From assembly GCA_965153355.1 (NCBI GenBank), contig OZ231126.1, forward strand, positions 26,846,001-26,910,000: a stretch of 64,000 nt of DNA, given 5' to 3'. The position numbers and the translations under genes were made by a program. The notes beneath the pieces were generated by a model, which worked only from the letters and a program-made list of their open reading frames with translations, searched no databases and had not been told where the DNA came from. The first letter of the stretch is position 1. Each line of letters begins with the position of its first letter. This document shows, piece after piece, positions 42,808-64,000 of the stretch. Source of the DNA: Flaccisagitta enflata. Lineage: Eukaryota.

Positions 42808-45727
42808 CGTTCCATTCACGTCGATGGCAAATGAATAAGTCAATAGTTTAATGATTTGCTGGCTTAGAATAATCGATGAAAATTTGTTGTTGTTGTTGTT
42901 CTTGTTGTTCTTGTTGTTGTTGTTCTTGTTGTTGTTGTTGTTGTGTTTGGTCCTAATAATTACGTTGTACCATCTTGCTCAAAAATATCGTCTCAGTAAA
43001 CAAAATAGTTCCTATTTCTTGTATTAAATAAAATTTTTCTGCACACATTTAGTGTAGGTTTTTTTTTGGTTCGGTTTTTTTCTATTGTATTCATATTTAT
43101 TTGGGAAGACTTAAATGTAGGATTTTCAAACAATTTTTAGAATAAGTTCTTCAAATTTTATTGCATTTTTTTTTATCACTTTTATACCTATATTCATTTA
43201 TTTTTAAATGAAATTCAAAGAAAAAAGCTGTTTGGTGGCAACTGACAGATCTTTTAAAGTTGTTTCTAATGGTCATTTTTTTTTATCATTTTATGATTAT
43301 ACGCAAAAAAAAAATAAATAAACAAGTCAACATATTTCAACTTATCTATTTTTTTCATATTTTCTGCCCTTTGTTGATCTGAACATTTTCATTCTTTTGG
43401 TATGATGTGTTTGAACAAGTTAGTATTTGCTTGTGTCGTAATTACTATAGTGTTATTTATTGTTGTTGCTTTTATCGTTGTTTTGTTATTATTCGTGTTG
43501 ATATTGTTTATCATGCTTTCTTGCTTTTTTGTTTGTTTTTAATAAAATCGCTTCTCGTTCTTGTTTCCACATAAATTTCCACTCCTGTAATTCATACGGA
43601 TTTCTTGTCTTCGTCACAAAACCTGATTTAAACAATGCCATGTTTTGTTATGCCACTAAATGTACAAAGCATTGCATTGCGTCGAAACCTTCTTGCCCTT
43701 CTTTTTTAGTTGCGGACACGCAACTCTATAAGAGGCTTTGTCCGTCCATCCATCCATCCGTCCGTCCGTCCGTCCGTCCGTCCGTCCATCCGTCCGTCCG
43801 TCCGTCCGTCCGTCCGTCCGTAAGGATCGAGTCGAAAAGTGTGAAAACGCGCATTTCCACCCCTGCCCACCCGTCCGCAACTGGTGGCCGTGTATCCGGC
43901 CTTGTTCTTCTTTACCACACGTTATGGGGACTAGAAAGGCTTTTTTCTAGGTTTTAGAAAATTCTCGATCATGAATGATGGCGATAAGGATTTTGCTCGA
44001 AAATTTCTTAAATCAACAAAACATCCTATTTTTTTCCTAATCGAACAGATTATTAAAACGGCGGATTGGCTGCGACCCATCTTTAAGTCTCATTAAAGAG
44101 TCAAATTCCTTGAAACATATCCATTATGATATTCAACTTTTTCTTACGATGCTGCTGGTAGGAAGTGCTTTTGTTTTTAATGTTGAATGAAAATTAATCT
44201 TTTTAATTCCTCAGTAAAAGTATCAAGTGCGAAAATGCAAAAATTTCCAGAGATATGAATTTTTACGGAAAAGTTATGAAAACTTTTTTTTCTTTTTTTC
44301 TTTTTTTTATTTGGGCCAATAGCGTGAGTCTCCTTGAAGCCCGATTCAGCGGCCATTATGACCGACTCACGGAATATTTAATCAAACCTATAAAAGCCGC
44401 CCCCTAATGCCGGGGCGTGACCTTTAGTCAACCTCAACGACATCTTATCTCATTTTTTGAAAACGAATCAAAAGAAGCTCCAAAGTTCATTTACGTTCCA
44501 ATGACGAGGGAAGCATCGATGTTAGAAGTCAAAGGAGACACGCAGAGTGATCTATATCGTAGCATCTAAAAACCAATATGTTTACAGGACAGGACAGGAG
44601 TGATCTATATCGTAGCATCTAAAAACAATTATGTTTACAGGACAATTAAGTACTAATCAGTGGCACCATTTCAATCAATATCAATTAATGATCAATCAAT
44701 GATCAATCAATGAATGAAAAAAAAGTTCGATCCAAAGCAAAGTGTAATTTTTTTCAGTGTTCTGAATACAAGTGACGCGGGGTCACAATATCGTTGCGGA
44801 CGGGTGGGCAGGGGCAGCCAACCCTCATCCACACTCAACAACCCACCCAACCCCCTTTCCAACACAGATCCAAACACAAAAAGCTTTCAAAACGCTCATC
44901 TTCCAACTTTTCGACTCGTGCTGACGGATGGACCAATGGACCAACGGACGGACCGATGGACGGACGGACGGACAAAGCCTCTTATAGAGTTGCGTGTCCG
45001 CAACTAAAAAAATAGACAGTGAGAAAAATTGAAATGTAAGTCATGGATAAAATTTTCAAGGATCACAGACAGTATTACAGCATGAACTCCACAGCATAGC
45101 ATAGCTTAGCAAACGGAAAGTATAGACGACTGAAAAAAAGAAGGAAATGTCATGTTTTTCACGTTGGAGTAAAGGATTTTAAGTTATGCTAGATAGTCGA
45201 TCATTGCGATCATTTCAGATCAATCAGAAGACACAATTACAACCCAAATATCATCACCATTGGGAATCGAATTTTATATAAATTGTTATATCGCTTTAAT
45301 GAATCAACTTTTGAATCTTATTTCATTGGGATTTGGGAGAGTCAGAGGACACGAACTCCGCCCTTGAAAATCTCGCTTTTAATGAGAAGAACGAAGGGAA
45401 AAGGGAAAACCCTTTCGTTTGCCACAGAAAAAATTGGGAGCACGACTATACTTCCTATTGTTTATCTTTTTGATGGACGAATGAAAATATTGTCTAATGT
45501 TTGTACTATGTTTTTTTTTAAAGATGCTAAATTGCATGTTTATGCACACACACTCGAATTTCACTCCCTCCACTTCATCCAACTACTCGTCCATGACCCC
45601 GCCAATGCCCATATTGACTTCTCCTCATACATATACTGATACCCATAGCGACTCTCGTATCTTCTACCTCTACTTCATTCTCCACCTTCTCCCCCTTCTC
45701 CTTATCAAATTCCACAATATTTTCTCC

Positions 45728-49547
<3,820 letters not shown>

Positions 49548-50293
49548 ATTGTTATTTTCACCTCGCGTAAAACATTGATTTGGATAAAACGAGATCACAG
49601 TGTATGACAAAGTTGATGCTATAAGTTGGTTTTGGAAAGACAAATCTTTGTTTTGGTCGGTTAAGCTCCCATAGTTTTTTTTTCTGTTTTGAAGTACAAC
49701 TAGAAGATTCGATAGACATTGTACATGGGTGATGATTAGCTTTTATAGTATGAGTGGTGCATAATTGAGAAAGAGCATATCATCTACCTAAAAGCTGTAT
49801 GCCTATATGAAATTCACTGCACTGTCATATGTTATGTTTGTTTAAAAGATGTTCAATTATTCAATTGTTCATAAATCGAAAATCATAATTCTCCTTTGTA
49901 GTTGTGACGAAGGGGCGATGGTCAAAATGACATCTTGCAATTAACCTTTCCATCTAGAGAAGACACATATGTTGACAAATTTGTGGATAACAGATTGTGG
50001 ATAACAGATAGGTGGTATGGAGATGTGGCGAGCGCAAGGAGATTTGAAGCTATGAATTATGAGTGATGAAGACAATAAGAATGGATCATGAAATAACATT
50101 ACTCATCACTTCAAAGATATCTATGCATTGGCTTACCCTCTTAGATCAAAAGAAGACAATTCATTTAGGTATAAAATCAGCATGTTCCTTTTATGCATTC
50201 ATTTATACGATGTCCATCTGGCTTAAATTCTCTCTCACTCTCTCTCTCTCTTTCTCTCTCTCTTTCTTTTCCTCTTTCTCTTTCTCTTTCTCT

Positions 50294-50351
<58 letters not shown>

Positions 50352-50537
50352 ATTCTATGCATACTCGCATCTCTATTAGTGGGTCTGTCAATCCGTTAGT
50401 CAGTCCGTTCATTCGTCGGTATGTCCATTTCACCTTCCTAAAAATCGTAGTTTTTAGCACTTTCAGCAACAGGGAGGTCGCCTATCAAACCGAACACACC
50501 TTTAGTTGTTTCGAGAGCTTCTTTTTATACTCCTTTA

Positions 50538-53500
50538 CACGGTATGGAAATAAGCTGTTATTAGTTTTGCAAAGACATCATCATCCAATTCCTCGTCAAT
50601 CTGACCCAAAATTGTCCCCTGCATAAGGGAAAACCGGCGCGAAAAAAATTCAGCTCTAATTTTTTCCAGGGGTGTATATAGTTGCACGACCTTTGATTTC
50701 TTTCCCCCCCCTGGTCCTTTGATTTTCTTCCCCGCGGGGTTGGATCATATTGGATTTTCTTCCCCAAATACCCCCTATATAATAATATTTTGGTTTGAAT
50801 AGTATAAAATAGTGTTGTAGTAACTAAATATCACATTTTAGTACTGTCATAAGTATAAAATCTCCTATATTTTTCATGTTTTCATTTTTCCACCCTTTGA
50901 TTTCCTTCCCCATTTCCAAATCCTTTGATTTTATTCCCCCCCCTGCCGGGGGGGGGAATATGCAAGAATATACAGGCCTGATTTTTTCGTCCATAACCCT
51001 CTGTCTCCAAGGAAAAAAGGCTCCAATTTAGTTTGAAATAAAATGAGTCGGTCCAACAATTTTTTTTCTTTCTACTTCATTAGTATAGATATAGACTCCA
51101 ATAAGATAAGCTTCTGGACGTATTAGTCAGACAATAGACAGGTTTCACCTAAAAGCATGCTGGAACAGCTTGTCAACTGCTTCTTTACAGCTCTTGATTG
51201 CATTTTATCCTTTTTTTTTCTTATGCGCGGAAGCGCAAAGATTTTTTACTCAGTTATTATTTAGATGCGTCCACGCATCTCTAAAAGACTTGTCCGTCCA
51301 TCTGTCCATCTGTCTGTCCATCCATCCGTCCGCACATTTGCCCGTCCGTCTGTCCATCCGTCTGTCCGTCTATTCATCCATCTTTCCGTCCATGGTGTTA
51401 TTTCTTTTGCGTTAAATTGTCACGTCCCTAAGTCCTATTCTATCTCTCCTTCTTCAGAACAATGAAACATTTTCGAAAACACTGCTGATAATCTATCCCT
51501 TGCATCAGCCACTCGTATGCCGATGTTTTTTGTTGCAGACACGAAACTCTATAAGAGGCTTTGTCTGTCCGTCTGTCCGCCTGTGGGCACGAGACGGAAA
51601 GTGGGAAAACGAGCATTTTAAAAGCTTTTTGTGAATGTGTCTGTGTTGAAAGGGGGGGTTGGCTGAAGCATTGAAGCGTTGTGACCCTGCGTCACTTGTT
51701 TTGGTTTCTGTCTCATGCTGATTATGTAATTTGAATTCTACGGAATTACGATGAAATTTTTGTTTCATTTCAATGAGAACGCCGTTACACTTTTAATCGC
51801 GTGCTACGCGACTCTACCCTGATACCTGATTTATCTGTCAGTCGATTGGTCCGTTGGTTGGTTGGTCAGTTGGTTGATCGCTTGGTCAGTTGGTTTTCTT
51901 TTTGGGCAGCGGCTCCAAAGGGGCCAATGACCTTTGCTTTCACAATTACAGGAAATTTCTCCTTCTCCTCCCACTCCACCCCCCCCCCCGCATCAAAGCC
52001 CAAATTTTAGCCTCAAGGCTCAGCCTTGAGGCTCCAATCCCAGCCTTGAGGCACCAATCCCAGCCTCTAAGCTCAACTTCGTGCCTCAACTCAAGACTCC
52101 CATCCCATCTCCAAAGCTCCCACCCCAGCCTCAAGGCTCAACCATATGACTCTAATCCCAGCCTTATGGCTCAAATCCCAGCATCACGGCTAAAATCCTA
52201 ACCTCATAGCTCTGATGCAAGCAGCTTCTTAAATCATGGCCTCCATGCTTAAATCCTAGCCCAGCTTAGGTCAGCCTAGGGGCAAATACCTGCCCAAATA
52301 CCCTAGTGACCTTCTCTATCACTGCCCCTGCCCACCAGCACATGACTAGGGTAGCCGTGTATATAGCATCGTTCCTATGCAATATTGCTGAATACAGCCT
52401 TAGACTAACTCATTGTCATATTCTGGTTCTGTACAAGACAAGTGACACAAAGTTACAATTGCAAGGATTAACACACACACACACACACACACACACGGGC
52501 CAGAAATTCGCATTCCTACACTTTTCGACTCTAATAAGACCTACAGACGAAACCACAAACGGATCAATTGCAATAGACAGACAGATGAAGCCTCTGACTT
52601 ATCTACATCTAAATAGTCGCAAAAGTGTTACATGGTCAGTGGTACCCAATGCCCCTAAGTTAGTTTACATGAGGATGTGATGGTGAATGTGAAGCGGCAG
52701 CGGCCCCAGATGGGCATTTGACCTATGAGTCCACACAGGGCGATTTTCTGAGTTAGGGTCTAAGACTGTTAATCTGGGGTCTAAAGGCCTGATTTGAGGT
52801 TTGGGAGGCCTGAGTCAGGGTCTGGGGGGTCTGAGTTGAGTCTGAGAGGCCTGAATTAGGGTCTGAGGGGCTTTGAATTTTGGTCTGAGAGGCCTGATTT
52901 GGGGTCAAAGAGGCCTGATTTGAGGTCTGAGGGGCTTGTTTTAGGGTCTGAGAGGCCTGAATTGTGGTCTGAGAGGCCTGAATTTGGGTCTGAAGGGCTT
53001 GAATTCAGATCAGAGAGATCTGATCTGAGGTCTGAGTGGAAAAACCGGAGAATATCGCCCTGTGTGGCAAACCGGAGAATATCGCCCTGTGTGGCCATGT
53101 GGAATCATAGGTTATCTGCCCCAGTGTGGTTAAGCGCATGCTCTGTTATTTGGTTTGGTTTGATTGATATCATAGTAAGAGCATGCTCTATTGTTTGGTC
53201 ACGCATAGTTTTGCTTGCAAAACTTTTGAATAATGAGCTTTTTAGTTGCGTGCATGCTACTCAACAAACCGCTTTTTCCGTCCATCTAATGGTTAGTCGG
53301 TCAGTCACATTTTACTTTTGAGCAGCAGCGCCAGAGGGCTGATGTCCTGTAGGACACAAAGGTGAATTTCTGTACGTCCGTTTGTTTGTCCGTCTCTACG
53401 TCCGTCCCCCCCCAAGGCCTCTCTTAGACCTAAATTCAGCCCTCTCATACCAATAACTCAGCCCTCTCAGGCCTAAAATCAGCCCTTTTGGATCCAAAGT

Positions 53501-54817
53501 TAGCTCTCTCAAGCCCAACATCAGTCCACAAAAGCCCTTAATCAGCCTGTTCAGGCCCAAACTCAACCATTTCAGGCCAAAAATCAGCTCTCTCCAACCT
53601 AGAAATCTGATTTGGGTCTCAATTCAGCTCTCAAAATAACCCTCTCAGGTCTCTAATCTGCCCTCTTCCCTGATCTCATTACTGTGCTCTAATCAATCAA
53701 ATCAGCCCTTAAATGTGTCTTCTCAGGACGTTTGGAAATTCACCCCTGTGTTGTACAGGACATCCGCCCTTTGGGGCTGCTGCTCTGCTCTCAAGCTACT
53801 TCTACAGCTGATGACTCCAAGCAGGGCATAGGGTACCGCTGACCATGAGCGATCCTTGGACCACATATTGCCCTTGGGCGACCTGTTATGATCTTATTTG
53901 ACCTCACTGCTCCTGCTCAAATGGTCAAGTGATCTCAAATATGGCCCCTCTCCACCGGCATGCGACATCGGTAGCCACGTATCCAGCCTTGTTTTTCGGA
54001 CAGCGGCCCCGAAGGGGTCGATGACCTATGCTTTCACAAATAGGGAAAATTTTTCCTCCTTCTCCGTTTGTTCCCCCCCCCCCTCCCGGACTCAAATCCT
54101 AGCCTCAAGGCCCAAATCCCAGCCTCAAGACCCAAATCCCAGCTGGAGGCCTCAATCACAGTGTGGAGATCCCAATGACGAAAAAAATAGAGCTTCCTCC
54201 TTTAGACGTCTCCTTGACACTTTTTCATGACCATTTATGAATTCCTTGCAAACAAGGCCAAGTTATGGCCAATATGTGCGCCTCGCTTGATTAAGAATTT
54301 GTGAATGAACGTTTTGAATAAATGAATGAATGAATGAATGAATGAATGAATGAACGAATAAATGAATAAACAAATGAATGAATAAACGAATGAATGAAAA
54401 ACAGAATGAAAATGAGTGTTGTTAGGTAAGAGAGGTGATAGGAATGAAGACAGACGACAGAATTGACCGTTCTGAGCGTTTTAAACATTTGCGTTACCAA
54501 CAGACCAACCAACAGACGGACGGACATGACCTCTTGTAGAAGTGCGAGGTCAGTCAGGTGGACCTTTTAGTCAGAACATGGTATATTGCTGTGTTACGAG
54601 CATTTTTGTTAGTGAAGCTATTATCTAATTGACCATTTTTTTCCTTCATTTCCACCATCAAAAGGAGTGCAAGCAGTTGCAAACTGACAAAAAAATTAGA
54701 GCTGAATTTTTTTCGCGCCGGTTTTCCCTCATGCAGGGGACAATTTTGGGTTGGATTGACGTGGAATTGGAGGATGATGTCTTTCTAAAACTAATGACAG
54801 CTAATTTCCTTACCGTG
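50538..54817. mobile_element. 4.28-kb non-autonomous CMC/Chapaev-like TIR element
   Basis: ~130-bp inverted repeats with CACGG..CCGTG ends; 4-bp TSD TTTA at 50534-50537 and 54818-54821. Confidence 0.8.
50667..50980. mobile_element. hAT-type MITE
   Basis: CAGG..TGTATAT / ATATACA..CCTG ends; 8-bp TSD ATTTTTTC. Confidence 0.8.
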
Positions 54818-54981
54818 TTTAATCTGTCTGACTATCCTTATATCTCACCAGTCAAGCGCCAAAGACCATATACACGGAGAGACACATGACGCATCGTTGC
54901 CTGATCGGGCTTTTTTTTGTCATAGATGACCATGAAAATGTTATGTCCCTCACAAATCACAATCGTTATTTAACGATTATC

Positions 54982-61469
<6,488 letters not shown>

Positions 61470-63200
61470 CTTCGTCGTCGATCGCCGTCGTCTTCGTCGA
61501 TCGTCGGCGTCGAGAAAGATGTGGATTAAACCGTCAAGATGATGCCTAGTTGCTTTTCGATGCTTCAATGTTGCGTCGACGGTCAACCGTTTGTTGCTGA
61601 CCAATACGTTCTGATTCGACGTACAGAACGCGCTGACGATCTTCGTTTTCGACGATGAAAGGGTTAGTTCGCGTTCTCGAAAAAAACGAAAAATCACATG
61701 AGGATGCACTGACTATTCAATTTTCCGATCAATGACGCGTTGATAACCCAGTGTTCATCGCCGCTCAAAGCGATGTCCCCGATAAAATGCTGACTGGCGC
61801 CGTTTCCATGTCAGCGAATCAAAGCAACGTTGCCCATAGTTGCCGCATTGTCAGTCTTCACTGTGTAACCCAACACCGTTCATTGCATTTCCATCGTGTC
61901 GAGTTTTGCCATCAGTTCCAGCGGCGGTTTGTAGAGATGTCTTTCCTATTGTACAGTGAAATGAGAGTATACCATTGGGGCATGGGGCTTCCGTTTCGGA
62001 ATCTCCGTCCCGGTTGCCTTTAAAAAGGAAATTCTATTCCAATTTGACAGAACAAAAATCTGTGCCTCTAGAGAGATGAGAGCTTTGGTTGAAAAGTGAG
62101 CATAAGGCAGCACAGACAATTGTTTTATTCAACATCAACTAGTTCAACAAATATTGACCTTATCAGGATTTTTTAGCTTAATCCAAAAAGATGCAATTAC
62201 CTTTATCATGTACACTGATGCTGTTGCTCTTTTTGCTTGTGTAATAAGATTTTAAAGATTAATGCTTATTTAAATTTTTATTCCCCTGAATTAGGTCAAT
62301 GCATTTGATACACAGTAATCATCCCAGGGATCAGGTCTTTCAATCGAAATGGATCACACCTATATATGTATAGGGTTTTCTCTGCGTTCTGATATTGTTA
62401 TATACGTTTTTAGTCGCTGCCTTAGCGACTCTATAAGAGGGTGTGTCCCTTGGTAGGTATGTCTGTTGGAAACGCGAAAATTTTGATGACGCGATATCGA
62501 CTGAATAACGGATTTCTGACCATCACAGCTCCTGCCTGGCGTCCACACAGCCCCCGCCCACTCATTAACCGCCCCTGCCCACTAGCATCACTGCCCCTGC
62601 CCACCAGCAGCGACTACGGATTGGCCGTGTATCCGGCCTTGTTTGATAAAGTATGGTATAGTACTGTAAAGTATAGTCCGGATTAAGAACCATTGAGAGT
62701 TCCCAAGACTGTCATCCTCATTTATTTGTTGTTTTTTTTTTTTCAATGAAGCAATGTTGTCCCAAGTCATTAAAGGGCAGTTTTTCTGCTTTAGTGGACA
62801 GTGAAGTTTGTGAATTCAGTGTGCCAATTTGAAGAATTTTTTAATTTTTTTCCCTGAAATTTCCAAGGTTTACCGAATATTTTTTATAACTCTAGGAGTG
62901 TGTTCACCATATGTTACACCTCAATTAACCCCTAGGCTTTGCAAAAGGTTTGGGATCATTTCAGGTGAGATGAGTGAAATTCTTAATGAGTTCAGAATAT
63001 TGATTTGAATCCAGTTTCCATTTTTTGCCACATTTGAATTTGAGCAGAGTGGCGCATTTTAGAGAGAAGAAAGTGGCTGCGGACGAGCAATGACGCGGGT
63101 AAAACCATGATTTCTTGCTCAGAAAATGCAACTACAGTAATTTCTGCCTACAGTGTAGATGAAACAAGGGCGGATACACGGCTACCCAAGTAGTGTGCGA

Positions 63201-63462
63201 TTTGAGCCTATTGGGGTGTTGCTGGGTGATAAGAGGCCGGGTATGGGAATTTTCTTTAGCTGGGCTGCTCTGAGTCATAGTGAAGGTGGTTTGAGCCTAT
63301 TGGGGTGGTTGCTGGGTGGTAAGAGGCTGGGTATGGGAATTTTCTTTAGCTGGGCTGATCTGAGTCATAGTGAAGGCGGTTTGAGCCTATTGGGGTGGTT
63401 GCTGGGTGGTAAGAGGCTGGGTATGGGAATTATCTTTAGCTGGGCTGATCTGAGTCATAGTG
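63201..63462. repeat. Three-copy ~90-bp tandem repeat inside a HINE-like element
   Basis: tttgagcctattggggtg at 63201, 63290 and 63380. Confidence 0.9.
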
Positions 63463-63647
63463 GTGCGGGTGGGCAGGGGTTGTGATAAAAAAGGCTTACC
63501 AAGTATTTGGGCAGGAGCAGTAATGCGGAAAACGCCCGTAAATACTGAAAAAGCAAAGTGTTACTGACCAACCGACCATCTTACCGACCAACCGACAGAG
63601 AGGGTTATAGAGTCCCGTGCACGCAACTAAAAAGCCGGCGTTATTCT

Positions 63648-63845
63648 TAGTCGCGTGCTACGCGACTCTACACCCCGCTTTGTTGGTCCGTCCGTCCGTC
63701 CGTCCGTCCGTCGGCCGTCGGTTACACTTTACTTTTTTTGGGTCTTTGCGGTCTTTGGCCTCACTGCTCCTGCCCAAATGATCAAGTGACCTCAAATACA
63801 GCCCCTGCCTACCCGCACGCGACTGGGGTAGCCGTGAATCCGGCC
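63648..63845 (+). mobile_element. HINE-like element, AGTCGCGTGC subfamily (other copies ~16606-16818 -, ~24301-24533 -, ~31035-31231 -)
   Basis: Same hairpin, microsatellite and subterminal-repeat layout as 19471-20120. Confidence 0.7.
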
Positions 63846-64000
63846 GAAGATGGTTTGTCTCAGTCCTTAGCTGTGCGGAGATCTTCGCTAATTGTGAAGG
63901 ATGCTAGACAGATGTAGAGACCATTATGTACGTGTTATGAAAAATTTTACATACTCAAAAACATAGCGAAGGAAACTTTCTTTTTTTTAATGAGGCTCGA

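Noticed and set aside
61851-62017. Possible terminal exon of an upstream minus-strand gene (NRDGDSETEAPCPNG...HSED*)
   Set aside because: Only an acceptor and a short open frame; no partner exon or recognisable motif in the window.
63201-63462. CRISPR-like array (also considered for the 21-bp arrays and 3899-4046)
   Set aside because: The units are head-to-tail with no unique spacers, there are no cas genes, and the context is eukaryotic.

Overview
Repeat-rich eukaryotic DNA, most likely from an invertebrate animal (GT-AG introns, BEL/Pao-type Gag, very long microsatellites). Genes supported by the sequence: (1) an intact Gag-only BEL/Pao-type ORF (1801-3828, -); (2) a small spliced minus-strand gene with an in-frame TGA (~29450-30600); (3) a C2H2 zinc-finger gene with exact 300-bp internal repeats (31641-34433, +); (4) a two-exon polyQ-LRR-Roc-COR (ROCO) gene with a candidate C-terminal HEPN-like RxxxxH domain, broken by a single 1-nt frameshift inside Roc (36839-42807, -); (5) two tandem spinster-like MFS transporter paralogues (45728-49547 and 54982-61469, -) differing by one precise intron. 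The rest is nested non-autonomous DNA transposons identified by TIR plus TSD: an 11.15-kb TIR element (CCCA TSD) with decayed exon-like cargo inside a TA-flanked MITE, a 4.3-kb Chapaev-like element, hAT, Harbinger-like and mariner-like MITEs, and many DINE-1/HINE-like elements. All calls were made by eye; no database search was run.
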